Of a DNA stretch of 64,000 nt, positions 1 to 9,651 are shown piece after piece; within the stretch, counting starts at the first letter, position 1, and each line of letters begins with the position of its first letter. The notes below the pieces were generated by a model. It did not search any database and was not told where the DNA came from. It saw nothing but the letters and a program-made list of their open reading frames with translations. The stretch spans positions 36,373 through 100,372 of IMG/VR virus record IMGVR_UViG_3300032173_000002; one strand, given 5' to 3'. This stretch comes from a virus. A program made the position numbers and the translations under genes.

Positions 1-1
1 G

Positions 2-214
2 TTGACTCTTCCTTACATGCGGGAGAACGGTTACCATATCCCAGATGTGGAGAGTGGGGAGCATAAGTGGAGTCCCAGCAAGCCAATGATCGAGTGGCTG
101 ATTAGAGACGCAGGGGGACAGGTCGTAAATTCGGAGGAGATTTCCAATGGCAGATTTTTAGGCCTGGAGGTTGTGGGAGCGGATGAAAAAGACCACTCTA
201 ATTCGATTGCCTAA
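2..214 (+). CDS. C-terminal part of a protein running in from the left edge, possibly a methyltransferase
   Basis: Frame open at the window edge; HKW...LIRDAG resembles small SAM-methyltransferase C-termini (weak). Confidence 0.3.
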   Translation: MTLPYMRENGYHIPDVESGEHKWSPSKPMIEWLIRDAGGQVVNSEEISNGRFLGLEVVGADEKDHSNSIA

Positions 215-1493
215 CTTTCACCTCCATAACGAGAGGCAGCAGCCTCCATTAGGTCTTCTTTATCTTGCTGCCTATCTTCGGGAGAGAGATCTTCCTGTTG
301 ATGTGGTGGATTTAGCGGGGATTCCTCCAGAGGACTGGGACTCGATGGTCCCCGATAATAGTCTTGTCTATGGTATCACAGCAACTTCTCCAGACTATGG
401 AATGGCTAGAAAGATGTTAGGTTTTCTTCGTGGTAGAAATGGTCATCAGGCCAAGGTGATCATCGGCGGGGTTCATTCTACAGTAATGCCTATTCAGTGC
501 GTGGAAGATGGATTTGATGCAGCGGTGGTGGGAGAGGGAGAGCAAACCCTCCTGGAAATTGTAACTGGCACTCCTTTGTCAGAAGTGGAAGGACTGGCTT
601 ATCGGGAGAATGGAAAGATAGTGGTGAATCCTCGCCGTCCTATGCTACCCACAATTGACCATTTTCCATTTCCTTCCAGAGACTTCTTGCCCAGGGAAAA
701 TGTAGTCTCAACGGACTTGGTTACGGACTCCTTACCAGCTACAGTAATCACTACTTCAAGGGGATGTCCTTTCCGGTGCTCCTTCTGTGTCCAGCAAATT
801 TGGATGAATCGTTGGAGGCACCGAACCGCACAGAGTATAAGGGCAGAACTGGAATTGATTAAAAGAGATTACCCGGAGGTAAGGGAGATACGATTTGTAG
901 ATGATATGGTGGGACTGAATGGAAAGCATAGTAGAGAGATTTGCGAAGCATTTAAGGGAATGGGTTTGTCCTGGCGTTGCCATCTACGGGTAGGGGTGGC
1001 GACAGAGAGCCTTCTGGAGAGCTTCAAGGAGGTAGGGTGTGTAGAGATTAGTATCGGAGTGGAGTCGGGCGATGAAAGGATTTTGAAGCATAATCACAAG
1101 GGATGGTCGAATATCCCTCAAGCTGCTGCCTTGTTCAGGACTGCCAAAAAGCTCGGATTGAGAACAAGAGCTTATTTCATTATTGGCCTCCCTGGCGAGG
1201 CCCCAGAAAGTGTGGAAAGGACTTGCCAGACTATTAAGGAGATAGAAGCGGATGCGGTAAATATATTCTCCTTTGTCCCTTACCCAGGATGTGATGTTTG
1301 GGAGCATCCGGAGAAGTATGATTATCAGCTTCTGGATACGAATTTAGATAGTTTTTGGATGGTTGGGAAGGGACATCGGTTTGTTGGAAGGACCAGCGCA
1401 ATGGATGTAGATCAGCTAGAGGAGGCTTATCAGAAGGCTTGGAATGTAGCAAGGGAATCTGGTAAGGCAAACTGGATGAAAGGATGGGAGTGA
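183..1493 (+). CDS. B12-binding radical SAM protein
   Basis: N-terminal PPLGLLYLAAYL...IIGGVH...VVGEGE cobalamin-binding domain; TSRGCPFRCSFC (CxxxCxxC); GVESG; FIIGLPGE. Confidence 0.9.
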   Translation: MKKTTLIRLPNFHLHNERQQPPLGLLYLAAYLRERDLPVDVVDLAGIPPEDWDSMVPDNSLVYGITATSPDYGMARKMLGFLRGRNGHQAKVIIGGVHSTVMPIQCVEDGFDAAVVGEGEQTLLEIVTGTPLSEVEGLAYRENGKIVVNPRRPMLPTIDHFPFPSRDFLPRENVVSTDLVTDSLPATVITTSRGCPFRCSFCVQQIWMNRWRHRTAQSIRAELELIKRDYPEVREIRFVDDMVGLNGKHSREICEAFKGMGLSWRCHLRVGVATESLLESFKEVGCVEISIGVESGDERILKHNHKGWSNIPQAAALFRTAKKLGLRTRAYFIIGLPGEAPESVERTCQTIKEIEADAVNIFSFVPYPGCDVWEHPEKYDYQLLDTNLDSFWMVGKGHRFVGRTSAMDVDQLEEAYQKAWNVARESGKANWMKGWE

Positions 1494-1494
1494 G

Positions 1495-1890
1495 TTGGCA
1501 CTTGCTGAGGAGTTGGATCAGGCACTGATTCGTTATCTGAAGGCAGTTAGGCTGGAGGGACTTGCTGAGGGAGAAGCATGGAGAACATATGTTTCTCCTG
1601 TTTCTGAGCGATGTAAGGAAGTCCTTGGCTCTGTAAAACCGTCTGAGCTCAGTCATATTGTGGACCTTCTACTGGCCATCCACAAAGCGATTTGGGATAG
1701 GGATACTCATGTTCGCAATTTCTCCGGCCCGTTTCTTGGAGACGATGGGAAAATGACCCTAATTGGATTGTTAGCGATTGATGCCCGTGATTTCAACCAT
1801 CTGAGAGTAAGAACTGTGAATCTTTTGAAGGCAATTCTTGGGGAAGATGATGGCGAGCCTAACTTGAAGGATGGTAGGCTAACTCGATGA
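1495..1890 (+). CDS. Hypothetical protein of a type often found beside glycosyltransferases (DUF6165-like)
   Basis: IHKAIWDRDTHVR...ARDFNHLR pattern and gene context. Confidence 0.4.
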   Translation: MALAEELDQALIRYLKAVRLEGLAEGEAWRTYVSPVSERCKEVLGSVKPSELSHIVDLLLAIHKAIWDRDTHVRNFSGPFLGDDGKMTLIGLLAIDARDFNHLRVRTVNLLKAILGEDDGEPNLKDGRLTR

Positions 1891-1930
1891 GCTAATAGGA
1901 TGAACAGATAAGAGAAAGGAATTCAAGATA

Positions 1931-2854
1931 GTGGAACCCATTACTATTGGGGTCAATACTAGGAATCGTCCTGAAGCCCTTGCTGTTCAAATCCACTCCA
2001 TCATTCACCAGACTTACCCTTTCTGGTCTTTGATAATCATGGATTGTAGCGACATCCCTGTGATTCAGTTGGAGCCGATTCAGAAGCTTCTGGAGCTTGC
2101 CAAGAAGCTAGGGCATTCTGTTCAGGTTATCAGGCATAAATCTACTTTTGGTATTCCCCAGACCTACCAGAAGCTAATGGAAATATCGAACACCGAGCTG
2201 AATGTAAGGGAGGAAGATGATGCTCCATGGCATCCAGAGCTTCTCATTAGGCTTTACGAGGAGATGGTTAAGAATCCTAACTTGGGAGCGGCAGGACCTA
2301 CCTGTCCTAACTGGAATGATGCTGGGGCAGTGCATAATACTTGGCCGGGAACTAATTACTTCTACATAACTGATAATCATGCTTGGCGACAGCAGTTGGG
2401 TCCGGTTTTGATAGCGGATGATGTTCAGCGCAGACCATGGCCGTCCGTGGAGCCTATTCCTGTGTGCGTGATGCATGGTGGGTTTATGTATCGTAAGAGT
2501 TTGATGGTAAAAGCTGGTGGATTCTGCACGAATCTTTCTACCCAGGGACACAGGGAAGAGACCTGGGCTTCCTTGCGGTTGTTTCTTTCGGGTGCGGATA
2601 TTCTATTTGTTCCCAGAGCCATTCGATGGCATCTGGAACTTCAATCTGGAGGTAGCAGGGACAGATCAGTTGACAATGATCGGATGGCCCTAAAAATGAG
2701 AGATGAAAGACTTTTCCAAGACTGGATGAGGGGTGTGTTAGGGTCGGGCAATTCCCGCATATCGGAGATACCTATCTTCGCTGACGAAAGTTTACGGGAG
2801 AGGATTAGTGCCCAGCAGGCATTAGAACTATTAACCGAATGTAAAGTGGGGTAG
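1931..2854 (+). CDS. Glycosyltransferase family 2
   Basis: ITIGVNTRNRP N-terminus, IIMDCS, EEDDA (DxD-like), GGF...REET. Confidence 0.8.
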   Translation: MEPITIGVNTRNRPEALAVQIHSIIHQTYPFWSLIIMDCSDIPVIQLEPIQKLLELAKKLGHSVQVIRHKSTFGIPQTYQKLMEISNTELNVREEDDAPWHPELLIRLYEEMVKNPNLGAAGPTCPNWNDAGAVHNTWPGTNYFYITDNHAWRQQLGPVLIADDVQRRPWPSVEPIPVCVMHGGFMYRKSLMVKAGGFCTNLSTQGHREETWASLRLFLSGADILFVPRAIRWHLELQSGGSRDRSVDNDRMALKMRDERLFQDWMRGVLGSGNSRISEIPIFADESLRERISAQQALELLTECKVG

Positions 2855-2862
2855 GGAGCAAA

Positions 2863-3306
2863 ATGAGCAGAGCAGGAAGAATCATTGAACTGCTAGAGGA
2901 AGTAGATATGGGTGCTCAATGTACTTGTGATGATCCACTTCCGATGAAGTATGGACAATGGGACCCACCTGTTTATGTCTGTGCCAAATGCGGTAAGAAT
3001 TTCATGAAACGAGTAGAGTCTGGTGAAGTGGTAGTAGGGGAATCAAAGGCGAAAAGTCTTGGGCTTGTAGAACAGGGAGAAGGGAAGACTTATATAGCGG
3101 TTGGCCCCCTGTGCTGGGGCAAAGCATCCAGCAGGGAAGACGCTATTAAAAGCTGTAAGGGATTCTGGCCTTCGTATATTAAGTTTTCTCCTGAGAAGGT
3201 AAGTATTTATGTAACAGATGATCCAAATGCGTGGGTTGATGAGTACGGCATGATCCATTATAGAGGAAGTCTTGAGCAGATTCAGAAAGCAGGACCTGTG
3301 AGATGA
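2863..3306 (+). CDS. Leader-bearing hypothetical protein with a small Zn ribbon
   Basis: MSRAGRIIELLEE leader; CTC...CAKC; SD GGGAG. Confidence 0.7.
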   Translation: MSRAGRIIELLEEVDMGAQCTCDDPLPMKYGQWDPPVYVCAKCGKNFMKRVESGEVVVGESKAKSLGLVEQGEGKTYIAVGPLCWGKASSREDAIKSCKGFWPSYIKFSPEKVSIYVTDDPNAWVDEYGMIHYRGSLEQIQKAGPVR

Positions 3307-3382
3307 ATAGCAATGCAAGAAAGGTCATCGAGTTGTGAGGGCGGTTCGAGATTGATATTGATCGGAATTTGAGGGATATAAG

Positions 3383-4699
3383 TTGATTCATGCAAGGGAT
3401 TTTCTTGAGGATCGAATAGTAAGGGAGCAGAGCTATACCACAGGAGTGGATTTATCCAAGAAGACTGTTTTGGTTTATGATTTTGGTCTTTTCTCTGGAA
3501 TAGCGGAGCGCCTCGGTAGAAGCTTCGGAAAGGTCTATTACCATGTTCCGTGGGAGGACGCCTATCCCAGGGCTGGAAAGGCCCTCGTTGGGCGAGGTCT
3601 TCCTGGAGTGGAGAAGGCTTTGGAGTTTTGGCCTTTGGTGGACAAAGTGGACCTGATTTTCTTCCCGGATACTCATTGCTCAGCACTGGCAAGACACCTG
3701 AAGGATCTAGGTTATCCTGTTGCTGCTGCCTTGGAGGCGGAGAGTTTGGAACTGGACAGGGCTTTCGGTAGGCAAGTTCAGAAAGAGATGGGTTTGGACT
3801 ACCAAAAGACAGATCGAGTAATTGGTGTCTCCAACTTGCTAAAGTATCTTGCAGACTATCCAGATGGTGGAAAGTATGTGAAGATTGATATATTCCGGGG
3901 AGAAGTGGAAACATTTCAGCACATTGACTTACCTACCAGCAAAGGGATTTTGGATGTGTTTACCGCAGATATGGGACCCGCAGCAGAGACCATTCCCTTT
4001 TTAGTGGAGGAGAAGGTATCTGGTGTGGAAGGGGGTCTAGATACCATCGTTTGGGATGGGGAGACTCTTTCTCCTACTTGGTTTAGCTACCTTGATGAAA
4101 ATGCCTATATTGCTAAGACGATGGATTTCAAAGAAGTTCCTGACCCGTTTCGGAAAGTTCACGAAGGGTTAGCTCCGGTATTCCGTAAATGGGGCACTAA
4201 GTTTTTCTTCTCCACTGAGATTATTTATGGAAAGAGTCATAGTAAGGCATATCTGATAGATTATACTCTGCGGAACGCAAATCCCTGTATCTCTACTTTA
4301 CAAGCGGAGGTGATCAAGAACTTCCCGGAGCTGATTTGGGCTATGGGTACTGGGGAGAGAGTGGATCCCTGGATCGAGGCTCCATATTGTGGTAGTGTGA
4401 TACTCAACTCTCGGTGGTTCATAAATAACTGGGGACATGTGAAGGTGGATCCCTCTGTGAAGCCTTTTGTTACTTTTCGCTTTCACTATCGGGATAAGGA
4501 CGGAGAGCCGTATCGGTTGCCTGGCTACTCCTCGATGGTGGCTTTTGCTTTGGCTTGGGGGGACTCGGTAGAAGAGGTGATTGCCCTTCTGGAGGAAAGG
4601 CAAGCAAAGGTGAGCTTCCCTTGTCAGGAGAAGTCTTTTCCCAGGGACGAGATAATGAAGGGTTTAGCTGCTTTTGAGAAGGAAGGTATCGAATTCTAA
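3383..4699 (+). CDS. ATP-grasp (PurD-like) ligase with leader
   Basis: AESLELDRAFGRQV, YVKID, FLVEEKVSGVE, YLIDYTLR motifs; begins MIHARDFLEDRIVRE. Confidence 0.65.
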   Translation: MIHARDFLEDRIVREQSYTTGVDLSKKTVLVYDFGLFSGIAERLGRSFGKVYYHVPWEDAYPRAGKALVGRGLPGVEKALEFWPLVDKVDLIFFPDTHCSALARHLKDLGYPVAAALEAESLELDRAFGRQVQKEMGLDYQKTDRVIGVSNLLKYLADYPDGGKYVKIDIFRGEVETFQHIDLPTSKGILDVFTADMGPAAETIPFLVEEKVSGVEGGLDTIVWDGETLSPTWFSYLDENAYIAKTMDFKEVPDPFRKVHEGLAPVFRKWGTKFFFSTEIIYGKSHSKAYLIDYTLRNANPCISTLQAEVIKNFPELIWAMGTGERVDPWIEAPYCGSVILNSRWFINNWGHVKVDPSVKPFVTFRFHYRDKDGEPYRLPGYSSMVAFALAWGDSVEEVIALLEERQAKVSFPCQEKSFPRDEIMKGLAAFEKEGIEF

Positions 4700-4720
4700 G
4701 GAGACAGAAAGGAGACAGAA

Positions 4721-4945
4721 ATGAGCAAAGCGCAGGAGTTACTAACTCAACTTCTTGAGCGGGATGTAGGTTCTGTTTACTCTAAAGCAGTTTCCTTGGG
4801 ATATACCTACATTCGTGGGGGGAAACCTGATAAGACAGGCAAAGTCTGGCTGACCAGGTTTACCAAGTCGGGTGACCCGGATAGCCCTGCTATTTTTGTT
4901 GGGTATGATGAGGAGACGGGAGAGTTTGTAGTAGAGGAAGAGTAG
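4721..4945 (+). CDS. Leader-bearing hypothetical protein
   Basis: MSKAQELLTQLLE; SD AAGGAG. Confidence 0.7.
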   Translation: MSKAQELLTQLLERDVGSVYSKAVSLGYTYIRGGKPDKTGKVWLTRFTKSGDPDSPAIFVGYDEETGEFVVEEE

Positions 4946-5028
4946 AGTGTCGAATTCTAAGCCTAAGACCAGGGCTATGCAATTCCTTGAAGATGGTGAT
5001 TAGCAGGAACGGAAAAGGGAGGCTAAAA

Positions 5029-5361
5029 ATGAGCAAAGCGCAGGAGTTAATTGGTGTTCTTAATGAAACAGGGGAGATGTCATACAGGGATATTGAACCT
5101 GGCGGAGAGGATTATGAATGGGCTAAGGCAATTGAGGGTGCCGTAAGGAGGATAGAGAGCAAAACGGGAGGCAAGCTGAAATTCATCGAGATGAGACCTT
5201 TTGACAAGTACCAAGGACCATATGCCAGTGTTACAATAAATGGAAGGAGAGATCGTATTTGGGATGCCGGTGATCCTGAAAAACCGCTTGCCCTTTACAT
5301 AGAGGAACTCGGTTTTACTGGAACTGAGGATGAAGTAGCAGACTATATCAATAGTCTTTAG
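5029..5361 (+). CDS. Leader-bearing hypothetical protein
   Basis: MSKAQELIGVLNE after SD GGGAGG; start reassigned from 4987. Confidence 0.7.
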   Translation: MSKAQELIGVLNETGEMSYRDIEPGGEDYEWAKAIEGAVRRIESKTGGKLKFIEMRPFDKYQGPYASVTINGRRDRIWDAGDPEKPLALYIEELGFTGTEDEVADYINSL

Positions 5362-5410
5362 TAGTCCTGTATGGGCATGCAAGAAGCTATTAGCAGAGGA
5401 TTCGGGTGAA

Positions 5411-5812
5411 ATGAATAGGGCCCGACAGTTTCTCGAATATAACAGTCAAGGCTGGATTGGCGTGGACTTGGATGGTACTCTTGCTCATTACGATTCTGGA
5501 TATTCTAGTCACTTCATGGTGGGCCCACCTATTCCAGCTATGCTGGCGAGAGTGAAGGATTGGCTGGCTCAAGGGAAGGATGTGAGAATCTTTACTGCTC
5601 GTGTAGCACCACCTCACTCCGAGGAGGTGATTGCAAGGCAGAGAGGAATAATTGAAGATTGGTGTTTGGAGCACCTCGGTACTGTCTTGCCTATTACAGC
5701 TACCAAGGATTACGAGATGCTGGAGTTATGGGATGATCGCTGTGTGACTGTGGAAAAGAACACAGGAAGGTGTTTGACTTTATTGCGAGGAGAAATAGAA
5801 GGACTACAATGA
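5411..5812 (+). CDS. HAD-superfamily phosphatase with leader
   Basis: GVDLDGTL, IFTAR, K...WDDR HAD motifs; begins MNRARQFLE. Confidence 0.8.
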   Translation: MNRARQFLEYNSQGWIGVDLDGTLAHYDSGYSSHFMVGPPIPAMLARVKDWLAQGKDVRIFTARVAPPHSEEVIARQRGIIEDWCLEHLGTVLPITATKDYEMLELWDDRCVTVEKNTGRCLTLLRGEIEGLQ

Positions 5813-5843
5813 GAGAGGGTTTTGAAATTAAGGGAGGTCAAAG

Positions 5844-6137
5844 ATGAATAGGTCGCAGAAAGTTATGAAACTTCTTGAAGAAGAACAGGGCGATGCTCCG
5901 TTTTTCATTGACAAAACAAGTAAATATGGCTATAGGCTTGTCTTGAATAATAATCCATCCGGAAGGGCTTATCTCTATCTATACAATCCGGATGGAAAAC
6001 TTGGGTTGCAAGAACCCTTAGAGACTTATTTTCAATGGACACCAAACGGATGGTCTTCTGTATTTTTGGGGCTCGGCAAGTTCAAACCCTTGGAGGAGAA
6101 GGATGTCCTGAAAGTGTTCAAGAATTATGGCTTTTAA
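5844..6137 (+). CDS. Leader-bearing hypothetical protein
   Basis: MNRSQKVMKLLEE; SD GGGAGG. Confidence 0.7.
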   Translation: MNRSQKVMKLLEEEQGDAPFFIDKTSKYGYRLVLNNNPSGRAYLYLYNPDGKLGLQEPLETYFQWTPNGWSSVFLGLGKFKPLEEKDVLKVFKNYGF

Positions 6138-6219
6138 TTCCATGGTAGCCATATTTGTTCATGTCGGATGAAACAGGAAGGTGCTTGACTTTGCCAACTA
6201 AATCCCAGGGAGGACTAGA

Positions 6220-6450
6220 ATGAGCATAGCAAATAGATTTTTGGAGCAATTTATGGAGGGCTATAAGATTAGAGGTTGGATTTATGATGGAGATATTCAC
6301 TGCGAGGGTTGTGCGTATGATCGGTTTGGAGTTAGAATTTACGACGAGGAGAATCCTCCAGAGGACAGCGAAGGGAATCCTATAACTCCTTTGTTTGCAT
6401 CAGATGCAATAGGAGATGAGGTTTGTGGCGATTGTGGCTCACCGTTATAG
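6220..6450 (+). CDS. Leader-bearing small Zn-finger protein
   Basis: MSIANRFLEQFME; CEGC...CGDC. Confidence 0.7.
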   Translation: MSIANRFLEQFMEGYKIRGWIYDGDIHCEGCAYDRFGVRIYDEENPPEDSEGNPITPLFASDAIGDEVCGDCGSPL

Positions 6451-6844
6451 TAGCAGATCGGAAGCGAAGTCTAAAGCAGCTATCTTGATACGGGGGATTG
6501 AGGAGCTTTATCCTCTTTCAGAAGAGATGATTTCGGTAAAAAAGCTAGATGGAAGAACAGAGTATAAGCTGGGTCCTGTAACAGTGATTGTCTGTTACGA
6601 CGATATTGTTCTTGATTCGGAGGGGACTCGGCTCTCGCAAGAGACGGGATGGTGGGATTATAGAGGGATAATCTACATCTGGGGGCCTGAGTTAAGTCGT
6701 ATGCAGAAGCTGGGAATAGGAATTCATGAGTTTGTGGAGATGGTCTTAGAAAGTAAGTTGAGGATGCCCCATAGCTGGTCTCATTTTGTAAGTAACGTCT
6801 TAGAGTTTGTTTTTACTCTGGGGAGATCAAAACCTGATTGGTAA
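6416..6844 (+). CDS. Hypothetical protein, possibly zincin-like
   Basis: HEFVE...H..SH motif; internal leader-like SKAAILIRGIEE; start uncertain. Confidence 0.45.
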   Translation: MRFVAIVAHRYSSRSEAKSKAAILIRGIEELYPLSEEMISVKKLDGRTEYKLGPVTVIVCYDDIVLDSEGTRLSQETGWWDYRGIIYIWGPELSRMQKLGIGIHEFVEMVLESKLRMPHSWSHFVSNVLEFVFTLGRSKPDW

Positions 6845-6855
6845 GGAGATAAGAG

Positions 6856-7050
6856 ATGAAAAAGATTATCCCAGATACTGCTGAAGAGTTTACTTCCTGG
6901 CCAGAAAGCAAAGGAGGGGATGTCCTGGAGGAAACTCATCAGACTACCCCTTCCGGAAAACCTACAGAGTCAGGCTCTCCAAAGGGCTCCACTCCTGATT
7001 GGTTATACAAGAGGGAGATTTCAAGAGCTCACGGCGATTTAGTGATTTAG
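6856..7050 (+). CDS. Hypothetical protein
   Basis: ORF with SD AAGGAG. Confidence 0.5.
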   Translation: MKKIIPDTAEEFTSWPESKGGDVLEETHQTTPSGKPTESGSPKGSTPDWLYKREISRAHGDLVI

Positions 7051-7065
7051 GAGGGGACATCTACC

Positions 7066-7989
7066 ATGAGAGATGTACTCTATGAAGCGGAGCAGGAGGA
7101 GATTGGTCGCATAAGGGATCAGATCGCCGATCTCCAACAGCGAAAGTCAGATGCTGAGGACGAGGAGGAGAAGGCGAGGATCAATCTGGAGATAGCCCGA
7201 CTAAAGAAAGACCTGAGTGATTTGAAAGATGAGATCAAACCGGAGGAGTTCTCAGGAGGAGGTCGTTATATGAGCAGAGCAAGGTTTGTATTGCGAGAGT
7301 TTCATGCTCTGGAACAGCAAGCCATGGATGTTGAGGTACAGAAGAAGCTGGACGAGTTTATTTCTCTCTATCGTGAGATGAAGTCTCTGGAAGCAAGAAT
7401 AGAGGTCCTATCTGCTCGCAGTGATATTCTCCAGAAGGAGCTTGTTCCCATTATAAAGGAGTCTGCCGAGCAGATGGCTCTAGTGGAGAATGCGACAGTC
7501 AAATATAAGACTAGAGCAGTTACATCTCTTTCTTACAAGACTCTCTTTGAACAGGCCTTGGGTAAGGTGAATAAACAGACTCGTGCCATATTGGAGGACC
7601 TGAAAGAAAAGCTCACTTCCTCCTATGTGAAGGAGTTTCTGGATGTGAAGGCAGAGTCCTGGTTTACGGATTTGGTGGACAAATTTCGTAACTGGATTCG
7701 CTCGGTGGTGGAAAAGCTTGGTGTATTGAAGAGCGCTGTAGCTGAGTTACTTTCTGTGGCACAGCGGGAGCCTTCTGAATCGGAAGCATTTAGATATGGG
7801 GATAAGATTAGGTCTGCGGTAGACAAGGCTGTAACCCTCTTTCATAACAAGGGTAGCATTACGAAGGATGATGTGGTTTCTGTTTTGATAAAAGTCCTTG
7901 GCAGGATGGGGTGGGTGGCAGAAGATGTAGAGGAGGTAGTAGATCAGTTGAGGTCTGCTCATGGTATTAGAGTGAAGGAGAGCAGGTGA
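7066..7989 (+). CDS. Coiled-coil hypothetical protein with a probable internal start at 7270
   Basis: Internal GGAGGAGG SD followed by MSRARFVLREFHALE leader. Confidence 0.6.
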   Translation: MRDVLYEAEQEEIGRIRDQIADLQQRKSDAEDEEEKARINLEIARLKKDLSDLKDEIKPEEFSGGGRYMSRARFVLREFHALEQQAMDVEVQKKLDEFISLYREMKSLEARIEVLSARSDILQKELVPIIKESAEQMALVENATVKYKTRAVTSLSYKTLFEQALGKVNKQTRAILEDLKEKLTSSYVKEFLDVKAESWFTDLVDKFRNWIRSVVEKLGVLKSAVAELLSVAQREPSESEAFRYGDKIRSAVDKAVTLFHNKGSITKDDVVSVLIKVLGRMGWVAEDVEEVVDQLRSAHGIRVKESR

Positions 7990-8714
7990 GATTCCATTCT
8001 GATTGTGATAAACGACTCTTCCTCTTAGAAGTGGGGAGAGTCGATTTACTGGATAAAGTGAAGGGCGATTCCTGGGAACCCTCCTCTGACTTGGTGGAGC
8101 TTTTTATCAAGGGTCGGCAATCCTTGATTCCTAAACTGAAGGACTTCCGCAGGTCACAAGCCACAAAGTCAGCATGGAGGCACCACCGACCTGCCTTCTT
8201 AAAGGGGATTCGTACCTTTCATAGGTCAACAGCGGGAAAGCGGTTCCACCGAACATTAGGCAGGTGGTTAGCCACTCGTCTTCAAGATAGGGATAAGTTT
8301 GGTTCTATCTACTCTTTGCGAAATGAGTCCCTGGAGCAGAGAGTGGATTTGCTTAGGGCTATTACTTCCATTATGAACTATGCTTTTCAAGAGTTGGAGT
8401 TCTATCACGATCTTTATGAGGAGCTGGATTACTGGGAATTTTTGGAAGAGCTTTTCCCCATTGCTGAATCCATAGAGAGGAAGCTGTTTTCTGGGGAGGA
8501 TGAGTTGACTGAGGAAGAGATAGATGTGCTTGCAAGAATGGTAGAGGATGATGAGATAGTAGCTTCTGTCGCAGAGGCCATAGGGAGAAGCAGGGAGGAT
8601 GTCTGGAATAGGCTAAGAGAAGTTAGGTCAAAGAGCGAATCGGATGAGGAGATCGGGTGGGGACTGAGATTATTTCAGGAAATGTTATCTCTGACGGAGG
8701 TCAAGAATGACTAG
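7986..8714 (+). CDS. Hypothetical protein
   Basis: 242-aa ORF overlapping the upstream stop (GTGA). Confidence 0.6.
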   Translation: MRFHSDCDKRLFLLEVGRVDLLDKVKGDSWEPSSDLVELFIKGRQSLIPKLKDFRRSQATKSAWRHHRPAFLKGIRTFHRSTAGKRFHRTLGRWLATRLQDRDKFGSIYSLRNESLEQRVDLLRAITSIMNYAFQELEFYHDLYEELDYWEFLEELFPIAESIERKLFSGEDELTEEEIDVLARMVEDDEIVASVAEAIGRSREDVWNRLREVRSKSESDEEIGWGLRLFQEMLSLTEVKND

Positions 8715-8733
8715 GAAAGGAGGGAGTTGAGGG

Positions 8734-9324
8734 ATGAGTAAGCTAAGGTCGGGAAGAATTACGGAGGAACTGGGGACTCTCTGGGTAGCCCCAGGGATGG
8801 GAGCTACTGTAGATGAACTACTGGCCAGTTTGCAAGGTGCGCAACATTTGGCTGGCTGGGAGGCTGCTGCGGCAAACTTACTCAGACTGAAAAATGAGAG
8901 GGGTGAGGATTGGAGGACGAACTTGGCACTGATGACGGGGTGGCCTCTTCAAGAGTATGATATGGCTCGCATGGCTTCTGCTGCTGTTGAGTCCAAGAGG
9001 AAGCCAGTTTCTGCCAGCAGCTTTATAGCTGAGTTTCGGTGTTTAGAAGGAGAAGAGGATGAGGAGCAAGTAAGAGAATATGAAAAAAGGAAGAAGCTTG
9101 AAACTCGTACAGCAGAGGACGGTAGTCTTCTGGTCAAGATTGGGGAAGACAGGTGGCAGAAGCTCCCCAGAGGCTGGACTGAGGATAGCCTACGAAAGTT
9201 TTGGAAGAGCTTGACTGGGGATCGTAAGCACAAGATCACTGCTTGTATGAAGAAGATGGCGGGGATCATTGATGATCCAGGGGCATTCTGTGGTGGTCTC
9301 GCTTCTCGACTGGGGGAAAGATAA
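8734..9324 (+). CDS. Hypothetical protein
   Basis: ORF with SD; C-terminal ACMKKM...DDPGAFC segment. Confidence 0.6.
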   Translation: MSKLRSGRITEELGTLWVAPGMGATVDELLASLQGAQHLAGWEAAAANLLRLKNERGEDWRTNLALMTGWPLQEYDMARMASAAVESKRKPVSASSFIAEFRCLEGEEDEEQVREYEKRKKLETRTAEDGSLLVKIGEDRWQKLPRGWTEDSLRKFWKSLTGDRKHKITACMKKMAGIIDDPGAFCGGLASRLGER

Positions 9325-9584
9325 TGTGGACAGGGACAGCAGCACAGTATATTCTTCCATTTCATGAATCCGTTCGTGAATCCGTTCTTGATGGGGTGGA
9401 CAGGCTGATAGCTGATCACGGACTGGGGGATGTGTTATCGGCATTGGTCCAGACTTGTGAGAACCGTTACAGCAAGGCATCTCTAAATGGGTGGTCTGAT
9501 AGAGCCCAATTCTGGAAACGATTGAGGGACAGGCTAATTCCATTGGCTACGGAGGTATTACAGGATGAGGGGACTGCCCCATGA
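9324..9584 (+). CDS. Hypothetical protein
   Basis: TAATG overlap with the upstream stop. Confidence 0.5.
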   Translation: MWTGTAAQYILPFHESVRESVLDGVDRLIADHGLGDVLSALVQTCENRYSKASLNGWSDRAQFWKRLRDRLIPLATEVLQDEGTAP

Positions 9585-9651
9585 TCTCTGCTAAGAGTTT
9601 TCTCAAGGGACAGAAGTACGATGTTAAAACTGGAAAGAAGTTGGAGGGGCA

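Noticed and set aside
3303-3386. Stop-codon recoding suggested by the TGA after MNSNARKVIEL
   Set aside because: All conserved genes are intact in the standard code and TGA, TAG and TAA all end genes normally.
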